A stretch of 64,000 bases of DNA, taken from NCBI RefSeq assembly GCF_009914755.1, contig NC_060927.1. One strand, 5' to 3'. The notes below the pieces were generated by a model. It saw only the letters and a program-made list of their open reading frames with translations, searched no databases and was not told where the DNA came from. Both the position numbers and the translations under genes were made by a program. The DNA is from the human T2T-CHM13v2.0 reference genome, Homo sapiens. Positions 28,380-41,679 of the stretch are shown here, piece after piece; the first letter of the stretch is position 1; each line of letters begins with the position of its first letter.

Positions 28380-29470
28380 ATTTATTTATCAGTGATTTTC
28401 TAATCCATACCGCCAGGCCAGACCTCTCCTGAGAACTCCAGTCCCAGATATCTAACTGCCCACAAGGCACTTGAAGATTTGTTTGCACCACAAGTCCAAC
28501 AAGTCCCAAATGGTACTCATTATCTTCCCCCAAACCCTCCCCTCTTCCTGCGAATGGCACAACCCAGTGGCCCCATCAGAAAACTTTGAAGTAGCCTTGA
28601 GGATCTGTCCTTCTCACTTCATCAACAGTCCCATCTAATCAGTCTCCAAGTCTTACAAATTTAATTTCCTAACAATCTCTACAAACTTCTCTCCATTCTC
28701 CTTGTCATCACTGCATTTCCAAAACACCGTCATCTATTTCACTCAACACCGGCCTCCTAGTGCCCCTCCCTGTATCTAGTCATGCCCCTCTTGTAGCATT
28801 CTCCACACTTCAGCCTGAAAACATCTGCTCACACTTTTCTCTGGTTAAAATGCTCCAATGGCTTTAGGTAAAATCCAAAATCCTTATCCTGGTTGAAAAT
28901 CCTCCCACCACTCCACCTTAACTGTGTCTTCTGCATCATGCCTTCTTATTTTGTTCCCACTACTCCCAGTCCTCTAGTTCTTTAGGGAGATCTTGCTCTC
29001 TCTCACCTCCTGCCACTTGCATTTTGGAATCTCTTCTACCTAAAACCATATTCTCCAGACTCTCAACCTGGCTAACTGCTTCTTTCCCTTTAGAACTTAG
29101 CTACTATGTTCATTCCTTGAGAAAAAGCATTACTGGACCCCCTTACTAGGAAAAGTGCCCTTCCCTGGATCCCCACAATAGCCTGGGCTTCCTTAGCCAT
29201 ATCGCTCTCCCACTAAAAGCTCTATTTCTTAGTGTTTCATGTTCACCAGACTGCCTTCAGTGCCAGCTACTGAAGTATCTGTTGTATGAATAATGAGCTG
29301 AAATCAGGTTCCTTACTAGCTGATGATCATGGGCAAGTCACCTAACTTATCTGAACTTCAGTTTTCTCATCAAAGTGGAAACAATATTCAAGCACAGGGT
29401 GATTGAGAGGAGTTGATGAAATTATGGATCTGGGGTTCCTGACACCTAAGTTGGTGCTCAATACATAGAA
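28380..29470 (+). mobile_element. L2 fragments followed by a MIR
   Basis: L2 'cagacctctcctgagaactccagtcccagatatctaactgcc'; MIR core 'gggcaagtcacctaacttatctgaacttcagttttctcatc'. Confidence 0.7.
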
Positions 29471-31399
29471 GTTATTTTGGATTCAGCAAGGTAGAACTAG
29501 GCTTGCCTTGCCTCATGATGTTTTGAGACAGTAAAGGCTACATCCTGGAAGGTGTAAGTTAAAGGGGCACTTTGATGTAGCAGCTCTGGGAGGAACCCAG
29601 AGGGAGGAAAGTATCATTTAGCTAAAAGCTAAAAGGTCTTTTAAAACCTTTCAAGAGGTGTGTTTTTGGAAATGCAAGTGATGTAACTACATATAATGGC
29701 ATCTAATTCCCTCACAGTTTCTTCCAAACAGTCTTTCTCCTTGAGTTTCAATATCTGCATTCCCTGGATTAATGCCATGAATCCAATTTCTAAACTGAGA
29801 TTTTTTTCCAAGAGTTCTGCCTTAATTAGTTATTCCCCGCTCCTCCGTGGTTTTTTCTTTCCCCCTTCTCCACGATTACTGTCATCAACCTGAAATGGCA
29901 CCATTAAGCACCTAATCTTTGAGCCTCCGGGGAACTGTCATCAAAATGCTCAGGAACCGAGATGTACATTTACAGGCAATGTAACTGGGTAGAGGCAAGC
30001 ACTAAACAAGTTCCTCAGCTTGCACTGGTGAATGATGAAGGCAGAGAATTTCTTAGCTTTTAGTAGAGAGGTGAATTAAGTACATAATTGGGGTGGAAAT
30101 TGGGATAATAGCACCTCAGGGAGCTGTCTGCACATTTTAAGGGCTTTTAGGTATTTAGTAAGTTACTGCTTTGACGCACTTACCTAATAGTCCATAGCAA
30201 AACAGTTTTCAAGTTCACTGGGCCAGAGGTGCCCTGCCCCACTCTAAACATACAAAGTATATAAATTCCTTTTTTTCCTATATATCCTAACAATTTTGGA
30301 ATACATAGTCACTTGTAAGTAACAGTCAGTATACTCAGAAAAATAGGCAAAATGGTGGTTAATGGTGTTGTCTATGTTGGAGTCCCACCTCATTTTCTTG
30401 GATCAGCTTGAATAGATAAATTCATAAATATGTATTCTTAGCTGCAAAATTCTTTAAGTAGTTGCCTTTTTACTTCCAAAAGCATGAAGGACTTTATTTA
30501 TCTGTTTATTTTATTTCTCAGTGCTCTTATCAAGTCTTTAAATTTCTTCATGGAGAAAACAGCAATTAGGCAATAGATGTTCCTATGTCATCTCAATCAG
30601 CAGTAGCAAAAGTTGTTAAGTTGGGCAGTGTGCTGGGCACCGACTGCATGATTCCATGCCTTCCATCCCTGCTAAAGTCCCCCTTGAGAAAGGAGATGTG
30701 CGCTGTGGATGCAGAGCTGAAGCCATGCCACTAACTGCAGCCACTAAGCAATTTTGGGCTGGGATAGAAATACCCTAGGGAAAAAGAGATGAATGACTTC
30801 AGCTCTTCACAAGGTGGGTCTTCAAATACTCCAATCCAGAGTTTTCTACATCAATGAACTCAGCACTTATTAAACATATTATATACATTATCACATTTAA
30901 TCCTTACAACAACCCATTATCCTGCTTTCACAAATGAGAGTCCAGGATTTCAAGGTTCATCAATTGCTCAAATCACAGCTGGCCAATGAAAGAGATTTGA
31001 ATTCTGGATGTGGTTAAAACTCAGACCTTGATACTGCTATCTGTATATTCTGCCAGGTAATCTGGAAAATGTGTGCTTCAAAAGCCTAGAAACTTCTAAT
31101 GTGGACAAAATTTAGATTCCTGGATGCTCAGAATAACAGTTCAGAAGTCATATTTTTCATGGTAAGAGGAAATTTTGACTCAGTATTTTTTAGAAGAGGG
31201 AAAAAAGGGAGACTGCTAACATTGTGAACATAAAACTCAAAATGGCGATGTTTGAGAAGTCGCTCAGGGACTTGGATCTCTGTTATTGAAATTGACTTTA
31301 GTAAATATTTTCAAAAGTCCATTCTCCTTTTTTTGCTGTTTGACTTTTTATAGAATCCTAGAATTTCAGAGCAGAAATGGATCTCACAAATCGTTTCAA

Positions 31400-32780
31400 G
31401 TATTTTTTTAAGCAAAAGTGATTGGTTCTTCCTCTATGCTCTCCCACAATTTAAATCTTTTCATGAATTCTTGTCGATCTCGGGAAAAAGACAGAAGTCA
31501 TGAGTAGGTCCTGCAAAGCTGTGAATGGCCTGGACTCTTCCTCTCTTCCAGTCTCATTCAGTGCCATGCTCCCCTTCTCTCCCTGTGTTCTATTTATACT
31601 AGACTTCCTTTGCTTCCTTGACCACGCCATTCTCCTTCTTGCCACGAGAACTTTGCATCAGCTATCCTCCCTTCCTGGAACATCACATTCCTCCTGGGCT
31701 AGTTAACTCTCACCATTCCTTCATCATTAGCTCAAACAGCATTCCCTCAAAGAAGCCTTCCCTGGACTTTCCAAGTTAATCAGTTCTCCTCATTATGTAG
31801 TGATATATGTCATCACAGTGTATAATAATTCAACAAATAGTTATTAAGCATTTTTTTTTAATGTACAAACCCTATTCTAGGTGCTGGAAAACAGACAAAG
31901 TCCCTGCTCCAAGGAGGATATAAACAACAGAGAAGTCAATAAATGACTTATAGGTAGTATTCCATGCTACCTTAATTAAGAAATTAATTGTGGAGCTAAT
32001 GACTGACTATAAAAAAGGTGGGAGGTAATTTTGGATGGGGTGGTCAGGGAGGCTTCTCTGGGGAGGTGACATTTGAGCAGAGATCTGAGTGAATATGGGA
32101 GGAGAATATGAGTCCCTCTTTGTGAAGTCGGGTAGGGGGACACTTCCAAGCAGGAACAACTTTGGGCTTGTTCATGGAATGCAAGGAGGCCATAGTGGCT
32201 GGAGTGGAGGGAATGAGGAGAGTAAAGATGAGATCAAAGATCACATGGGCATGGCTCACATCATTAAGAGCCTTATGGACTGGGTGTAAGGAATTGGAAT
32301 TTAGCCTAAGTGTGATGAAAAGTCACTAGAGATTTTGAACATAGGTGCACCAATCTAATTTATGGTCTTCAAAGATCCCTCTGATTGCTGTGTGAAGGAT
32401 CTATGAAGAAGGACAAGGGTCAGGTACTGTTAGTGCAGTAGTTCCGCCAAGAAGTGATGGTGGCAGTGATGTGGTTTGCAGCTGGTGCAAAGTGGTTACA
32501 TTTAAAACATGTTTTGAAGTACTATTGACAAGACTTGCTGATGGATTGGCTCAGAAGTTTCAGAGAAACCTCTTTTTTACATGTATCACAGTTGTAACTT
32601 TACACTTATTCATGTAATTCTTTAATCAGCACCTTATAGTTTCAAAGGACTATATGCTCCATGAGATAAAAAAAAAAAGTCTGTTTTTACTTTTCATTGC
32701 ATACCCACTGCCTGACTGCCTACCAGGTGATAGATGCTTAATAAATATTACTTGAATGAAGGCATGAATAAGTGAACGGA
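31400..32780. mobile_element. Nested L2 fragments in both orientations
   Basis: 'ggtcagggaggcttctctggggaggtgacatttgagcagagatctga' and 3' end 'atgcttaataaatattacttgaatgaa'. Confidence 0.7.
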
Positions 32781-33747
32781 TAAATACATAAACTAAAACG
32801 ATCTTATTCTATAGATAAGGAAAATCGGTCTCCGAGAGTTTAAGTTAAGGAAATGGCCTTAGGCCTCTCAGCTCAGACTAGAACCCATGTCTCTACATTC
32901 CTCTTTTAGGCTACTTTTCCTCTTGCAGTAGAGCCACTGTGAACCTCATACTCTTTTATTGTGGGGAGGGAAGGGTTGCCAAAATGTGTTTCAAAAACTC
33001 CTAATGGATAACTAGTCTGTTTAGCTTGGCACTCACGAATGGCAGTCAAGAGTTATTCTAATCACCTTTGAGGCTCTGTTGAGGTAGCTCAAGTCTATTA
33101 CACTTTTTTCTCTTCTTTGACCTTGTTTTCTTCTCCAGTAAAGATAACTAATCTTGACTCACTATTGGTGAGTGTTATGCTTAGGACCCAAAAGAGGTCA
33201 GCCTAAGCCATCTGATTTGTGTCCTGTTTTGAAAGACACTATAGGTCTTTAGGCAAGAGCAGCTGGTGTGCTTAATCTTTATATAAGAAGGTAGCCATTC
33301 AAAAATGTTCAGCACCCCCCGCCAAGGGCATTTTGAAGAAAATCAGTGGAGGCAAGCTGTGATTAAGAGGGAAAGGAGAATAGAATACAATTAAGAGTCT
33401 CCTCTGTTCTCTTGGAAGACAAAAGCTGCCTGAAATGTAACTTTCCCAAGCAATGATCACATCCTTGGCACTCTGCCTTTCTAATTAAATTGCTGATACA
33501 TATATATGGATATCTCATTTAATGAACAGCTGGTAAAATTGGATCCTTGCTCTGCAGAGGTTTACCAAAGCACTTCATAGTTTCAGTATGATTGAATACT
33601 AATCATTTACTCCAGAATACAAAAAGAGGAAATTAAACCTGACCTAGCTGCTTATCATCTGGGACCTTCTAGGCTGCATCCCCCATGGTCAGCATAGTAA
33701 CTTTATCTGTTGTTTCCCATCAAGTTACTTCCAATGTTACTTTTCCT

Positions 33748-33792
33748 TTTTTTTTTTTTTTTTTTTTTTGGTTGTTGTTGTTGTTGTTGTTG
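33748..33792. repeat. Poly(T) followed by (GTT)n
   Basis: Directly visible. Confidence 0.95.
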
Positions 33793-34134
33793 CCCTACTC
33801 TTGGAAGCAACACCTGGTGTGCCTTTACATTTTTCAGAGCTGTTTCTGATGCTCTGAGACCCAAACCCTTATGAGGTTTCCAGGAGACAGACATTGAAGA
33901 GATAAACACTCAGATGAAAGCTTAATCATAGATTTGAGATATGCTATGAAAAATAATAAGATGCTATGACAGAAAAATCTCAGAGGGAACCTAAGTTAAT
34001 AAGGACAGAAGGAAAGGACCTCCTTGAGGCAGCAGCATTGCAATGAAGACTTGGAGACGAGGACTGAGCAGGAACAAGGAAAGAGGAACAAAAAGGTTGC
34101 CAGAGAGGGTGGCAGTGGCCAGATGGGCATGGGG

Positions 34135-34978
<844 letters not shown>

Positions 34979-35770
34979 TCAATCTCATTTGATAGCCCCT
35001 TATTCTCTTTGCCCTAGGAGATAGGCAAGGCAAAATGACTCCATCTTTTCTTAATTCTGAGAGATCATCAGTTGACCAATAGCTTTCAATGAAGGGGGGA
35101 AAAACACAGCAGGAAATGTACAAAAACACAGCAGGAAATGTAAAAAAAAAAAAAAAAAAAGCAGGAAGTGTACAAATCTCTAGTAACACACATCCTGATT
35201 TCATGCATGTTAAAATCAGGGTGGAGTGGAAATGTTCACTCTGAATTCAGGAAATATGGTATTTTCATCCCTAGTATACAGATGAGGAAAATGGAGCACA
35301 GAAAATGTATTGTGCAGATTGTATGATGATATGCCAGGGAGACACAGGCAACCTATTGTGACTTAGCTTGCTGAACTGCTTAAGCTCTTCTGTCCCCTCT
35401 GGGCCTTTCCAGATACATGCTGATCTCCCTGCCTTGGACATGCTGCCTCACCTCATTACAATCACCTGTTTAATTTCTGCTTCTCCTTCAAGTCTTCTCC
35501 TCAGCTTAGTCATCTGCTTTTTATGAGGTATCTTTCCTGGTCCACACCCAGAGAAGGGGCCCCTGCTGGGAGCACCTGTAGTCCTTAGTGAGGTTCTCTA
35601 TTAAAGCCAGATCTCTTTCTGTTGACATAAATTTAACCTCCTGGCCCTGGAAAAGTTCATGAGGGAAAGGACCATGACTGCCTTGTTATTTTATCTCCAA
35701 CACCTGGTATATGGCAGGGGCTCAGTGAATTTTTGAGGATTGCACGAACTCAGTCCCCCTCCTCAGCAGA

Positions 35771-36400
35771 GGGCAGCACAGTGGTTTAGAGGAGTGGTTC
35801 TCAAAGTGTTGTCCTCAGCCCTTCCGTATTAGCATCACCTGGAACATTGTTTGATATGCAAATCCTGAGGCTCACCATGACCTACTGATTCAGAGTCTCT
35901 GGGGCTGTGGCCCAGCTGTCAGTGTTTCAGTCTAGCCCTCCTGGCGATTCTGAGGCTTGTTCCAGTGTGAGGATCACAGGTTAGGGTATGGACTCTGAAG
36001 CCAGACTGCCTGGCTTCGAAACCCTGGCTCTGTTGCTTAAAAACTGTTTGGCTCTGGAAAATTTACATCACCTTTCTGTACCTCAGCATTCTCATCTATA
36101 AAATGGAGTTGATAAAAATACCGTCTGAAGCTTGTTCCAGTGTGAGGACCATGGATTAGGGTATGGACTCTGAAGCCGGACTGCCTGGCCTCAAAACCCT
36201 TGCTCTGTTGCTTAAAAACCGTTTGGCTCTGGAAAATTTACATCACCTTTCTGTACCTCAGCATTCTCATCTATCAAATGGAGTTGATAAAAATACTAGT
36301 AGCTACCTGAATTGGATTAAATGAGATAACCTAGAGCTGTTAACACAGCACTGCTCAAAGTAAGTGGTGAAAATATGTTAACTGTTAGTATTATTAACTG
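35771..36400 (+). mobile_element. MIR interrupted by MER5A (35792-35979) and partly duplicated
   Basis: MER5A 'agtggttctcaaagtg...agcatcacctggaac...atgcaaat'; MIR 'atggactctgaagccagactgcctgg...ctcagcattctcatctataaaatgg'. Confidence 0.85.
35949..36296 (+). repeat. Tandem duplication, 2 x 175 bp
   Basis: 35949-36121 aligns without gaps to 36124-36296; about 11 mismatches by eye. Confidence 0.95.
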
Positions 36401-36495
36401 TGCAACTCTGGGAAAATTTATTCTCTGAGTTTTATTTCCTTTGTCTTTAAAACAAGGATTAAATTTGCCTCACAGGGTTTTGAAAGTTAAATGGT

Positions 36496-36903
36496 TGTAA
36501 TATGTTAGGGTGCTTAACCTTTGGCTAGGCTGTGGGGCCCAGTTATTTAGTCAAACACCAGTCTCCGTGTTGCTGTGAAGGTGTTTTTTAGATATGATTA
36601 ACATTTAAATCAGGAGATTTCAAGTGCAGTAGATTACCCTCAGTAATGCATGTGGGCCTCATTCAATCAGCTGAAGGCCTTAAGGAAAAAGACTGAGGTC
36701 CCCTGAGGGAGAAGAAATTCTGCTTTCAGACTTAAGACGGCAACATCAACTCCTGCTGGAATTTCCAACTTGCTGGCCTACTCCGCAAATTTGGGACTTG
36801 TCAACCCTCATAATTACGTGAACCAATTTCTTGAAGTCTCTCTTTCTCTCCTCTCCACCCCCCTCCTCTACACACACACACACACACACAGACACACACA
36901 CAC

Positions 36904-36941
<38 letters not shown>

Positions 36942-37000
36942 ACTCACACATTGCCTTTCTGTACCTATTGATTTTGTTTCGCTGGAGAACCCTAATTCAA
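36496..37000 (+). mobile_element. MLT2-family solo LTR with (CA)n(TC)n microsatellite at ~36870-36938
   Basis: 'tcaaacaccagtctccgtgttgctgtgaaggtg', 'ggcctcattcaatcagctgaaggcctt', 'ctggagaaccctaa'. Confidence 0.85.
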
Positions 37001-37021
37001 TGTGCTAAATATGTGTAGGTC

Positions 37022-37278
37022 CAGGCTTTTCAACCTATATAGTTTCTCAACTATTGACCTTCGGGCTGCACAATTCTTTATTTTGGGGAACTCTTCTGTG
37101 CACTGCAGGATGTTTAGCAGCATCTAACATCCTATTAGCAGCATACTAACAACAGTAGTGGGTTGACCTCTACCCACTAGATGTCAGTGGCACCCCACAC
37201 CCCAGCAGAATCAAAAATATTTCCAGACATTGCCAAATGTCCACTGGGAATGGAAAATCTCCAGGTGAGAACAACTGG
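37022..37278. mobile_element. MER20 (hAT-Charlie)
   Basis: 'ctgtgcactgcaggatgtttagcagcatc', 'ctctacccactagatg', 'ccagacattgccaaatgtcc'. Confidence 0.85.
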
Positions 37279-38517
37279 TATAAAAAGGAAAATGTATGAG
37301 CTCTTCCCCCTAGTTCACTCCCATTGAACCAGTGCTGCTCTGCTGCCCACATAGCCTACATTCTCTTCCCTTTCCCCATCAAAACACTGTCCACAAAGTC
37401 TGGCTCAAAATCACTACTATCAAAGGTGGCTCTAATAACCTGCCTCCCCCTTGAGCTTCTGCTCTCATGCCTGTCTTTTCACAGAGTTTTCTAATGTGCT
37501 TCTTATAGTCTCATAGGCCTGTGCTTTGTCCTTCTCCATTGAAACCCCTTGAAGGCAGGGGCAGCCATGAAAGAGAAGCAGATGATTTGATTTGAGTCAA
37601 AATCCTGCTGTTTACCAGCTTGTAGCCTTGGTAGAGTCACTCGTTCTTGCTGAATTTCAGTGTTAACATCTATAAAATGAGAAGAGCAGAGTCTACCTCA
37701 TAGAGTGGTTATAATGTAAAAGCAATTTATAAACTATAAAAATACTGTATATGTGTTTTCCTCAAAGAAAAACCATGCCTTTTTCTGGTATAGAGATAGC
37801 ACAGGGGAAGAGGTTTTGGGAGGTGTGTTTAGGATGAAATATGACTTTTGAAAAATGCCAGATGAACATGTAAATGCATGGATTTGCATATCATATTTTG
37901 CATTTTGCTTTAATTTTCTTTTGATAGCTTTTGAAATAGGATCTTTTCTGTGTCCTTCTGAGATTAATATATAAATAACCTAATGGGGCAGTTGACAAGG
38001 CGATGCAATTTCCCTAGTTATTGACTTCAAATTCCTGGAAATGATGCCACTTATCAGCATTTCTCCCTACCCCTATTGTCTGTTGTCTTTATTCACTCAG
38101 GGAGTACCTGTGCTTGACACTGAGTATTTTTCCTTCAGAACTTATTAAAGCAGCCACTTTACAGAAAAATAGTTTCTGTACCCCCCCATCCCACTCTGCC
38201 AAGGCATTAATGTGCCCCTTTTCTGATCTTCTACACTCCTACCTTGGGCTCGCCCACCTGTGTGAACACAGGTCTACCCCTTGCGTCCCCAATCAGACTC
38301 TGATTTCATGATGTCCGGGGCTGTCTTTGCTGGATTTTGTGTTCCCAGGGGCTGGTACACTGACCAAAGCAGGTGACTTACTCATGAATGTGACAGCAGT
38401 GACTCACTAAGTTTCCAATACTACATGTCCATCTGCCTGTGGGATGTCTCCACTCCTGTGACTTGTGGACACCTCAGATTCTGTGCTTCAAGGAATTAAA
38501 ACTGGATCTTACTTTAT

Positions 38518-39030
38518 GCACCAGTTATCTAAGTTTGCAAAGTAAATCATTCCAAAAAGTAGTGGCCTAAAAACAATGTAATATCTCTCATGGTTCTGTG
38601 GGTTGACTGGGTTTCTGGGTAATTCTTGCTTAGGGTCTCAGTGAGATAGTGGCCAGAGTCATCACTATGTTTTCAGTCACATGTCTGGCACCTGGGCTGG
38701 GAGGGCTGGATCATCTGGGAGCTGGTTAGGCATCTCTCCTGACCTCTTCACAAAGCCTCTCCATGGAGCTAGCTTAGATTTTTTCACAATATGGATTCAG
38801 AATAGCGGAACTCCTTACTGGCAGCTGACTTGGCCCGGAGCAAGTGCCTCAGGAGCCTACATGCCAGCTCCAAGGTTTCTTATGACCTAGCATTGAAAGC
38901 CTGAGTCCATCACTTCTGCCACATTCTACTGATCAAGTAAGTCATTAAAGCTAACCTAGATTTAGGGGAAGGGAAAATCGACTTTTCTTCTCAGTGGCAG
39001 CAGTGGCAAAGAAATAGCGGCCATATTTTA
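38518..39030 (-). mobile_element. Old MLT1-family LTR
   Basis: 'tctcatggttctgtgggttgactggg', 'catcacttctgccacattctactgatcaa'. Confidence 0.7.
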
Positions 39031-39299
39031 CCGTATTTTCTAACAAGTGCAGTTTGTTGCCTCTGTCAATAATTCTTTCATAGCCTTACATCCCAGGAAT
39101 TAAAAAAAAAAAAAAAAAGCAAAAACGGTGTCAAGCACAGGTGCTCCACCTAATTTAATAACAATGGATTTCATCACTTCGTCACCTCCTTGCCACTTAC
39201 CCTCCAACCCTCTACCAGATTGGTTTTCACAAGATATGAACACTCCTTTTTTGAAAGACCTTTGTTTGTTCCTTCTTCTTGCATGACATCATTTAGCAT

Positions 39300-41620
39300 T
39301 CCTTTTTTCTTATGACTTTTTTCAAATACACAGAAAAGCATAGTGAATAATGTAATAACTATTCCTTACCCAGATTTAACAATAACATCTTTCAATGTTT
39401 GTTCAGACTTTCTAAAAAAATAAAATATTACAGACAAGTTAGAAATCCTCTTGGTCCCCCTTTCTGCTCCCATTTTCCACTTTGCATTCCCAGCGGGGAC
39501 CACTGTTCTGAAGTTGATTTGTATTGTTCCAAGTTTTGTTTTAATGTACCTCTGCTTAAACACTTGGTATTTTGGTGTGTTTTAATAATTTTACATGGAT
39601 GGTATTGTACTTCTGAGACTTCTTCCCTAAGCCTCTCATCCAAGGATAGGAGCCCTGTTGTGGGTAGGTCATGTCAACCTACAACTAGTTTTCTCACTGT
39701 GTTTTGAGATTTATTCCTCTTCAAGGCATGTAGATCTAAAGTATTCATTTAATGTTTGAACAATATTCCCACGTATGTGTGTGTGCACGCCAGTTTAATC
39801 TTTTTTAACCTCTGCATGAACATTAATAGTCTGCAATTTTTACGAACATATATTGTCTTGTACACATGTACCAGGGTTTCTGTAGGGTATCTGCTTTACA
39901 TGAAACTGCTAGGTCATCTTTAATTTTACGTGAAATTGCCAAATTGCTCTCCAAAGTGAGTGCATCAAATTATATTCCCACCAGCCATGTATATAAGTTC
40001 TAACTTCCCTACATCCTTGTCAACTTTTGGTATTGTCAAACTCATTTTGGCCAGTCTAATAGGAAGGAAATGGAACCTCACTGTTTTAATATGCATTTCC
40101 CTGTTACTGATAAGGCTAAGGATCTTTTCATGTGGCTATTGACCATTCAGATTACCTCTGCTGTGAATTTCATGTTCATATTCATTGTTCATCTTTCTGC
40201 TGGAGTCAGTGACTTCATATTGATTCATAGATTAAATATATTACTCCTTATAGTAGCTTATTTCTTATTTATGATGTCTTTTGTCAGCACTAACATTTTA
40301 ATGTATTTCCATTCACCAATCCTCTCCTTTATGATTTATACTTACTGTATTTTCGTTAATTTCTTCCAAAGTCATAATGGTTTGGGTTTGCATTTTGACA
40401 TACTGCCTTTGGAATATTGTGTGTGATTTTATCAGAGTTTAATCTTAGTAAACACCTATCTTAGTAAATACCTAACATGAGAACTCAGGCGTATGTTTTC
40501 CTTGATGACTTCCCTCTCATCTTTCACATTTTTATTGCGAATGTTTTAGCTACACTTGATTTTAAACCACCCTGGGTTATTTTTTTTCACAGCCAGCACC
40601 TACTTAGATTTACCTACATTCAAATTATTACCATTGCTTCCTTCGTTTTCTTTTCTGGGTTTAATCGTAGTGTTTCACGTGAAAATCTAGAAGTAGATTT
40701 TTTTCTGTTAATGTTTTATTTCACTCTCATTTTTGAATTATAATGAGTATTGGGTTTTTTCCTACTATGTTATAGTAGCATTTATATTAGTCTGGCATCT
40801 ATCGACATGAATGACAAATTTGCTCATCAAATCTCATTCATTTGTTGATTTATTTTACCTCCTCAAGTCAAGTCTTCATTTGCTCCACCCAAGAGAACTC
40901 ATAGTATTTTCCTTCAGTTCTGGAAAATTCTCATCCATGACCTCCTCAGACATTGCCTCTCATTCTCTTTTTTCCCCTCACTATTCCTATTAGACCCATA
41001 CCAGTTGTTCTCACTCCAGGCTTTTAACTTCCCTGTTATATTTTCTGTATCTTTATTTTTCTTTGCTTTACTCTGGGTAACTAATTCTTGTTTTAAATGT
41101 TCTATATAAAACACAACGTTTAATGAATCAATTTTAGTTCCAGTGCACATATTTTCCATGGATAGATATTTTTATGGTTGTTTTTCAAATTCATACCTCA
41201 TTTTATAGTTTTTTGTGCTCCAGCTATTTTATGCTTTTCCTTTTTTTCACTGTGGCTTTCTATCATCTCTTTAAGCACTTTTCACAAATTTGTTTTTGCA
41301 GTGTCTTTTGAATTATTTTATTAGCCAGTGGTCTTGGATGCCACATCTCCTCTTTGTGAAACCTTCTGCCTCCCTTTGAGTGATTCTTTTTTTTTTTCCA
41401 TAGTTGTAATTTTTTCTGCGCTCATCTTCAGCAGTGGCTATTTTTACGTGTTTGAGAGATTCCTATGCACCTAAAGTGGTGAAAATGCCCCTGAAGAGTT
41501 TTGCCTTTGCCTCTGCAGCTGCTGAGGAGTTTCATGGTTGAAACCAGTTTTTGCATTAATTCCTCAGTTTGGGACTCCTGTACCATATGGATTTTGTAGG
41601 GTGAAGCCCTCTATCTACTC
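39300..41620 (-). mobile_element. Ancient LINE-1 (L1ME-like) fragments
   Basis: T-rich antisense L1 motifs such as 'ttgccaaattgctctccaaag', 'gttttaatatgcatttccctg'. Confidence 0.65.
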
Positions 41621-41679
41621 TTCACTAGACTTCTAAGTTTCTTATCTATGATTCTTCTTTAATATAGGGTTCCAGTAAA

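Noticed and set aside
40441-40474. Short tandem duplications (also ~5184-5207 and ~60758-60785)
   Set aside because: Ordinary slippage duplications of 10-17 bp in or beside decayed repeats; no sign of function.
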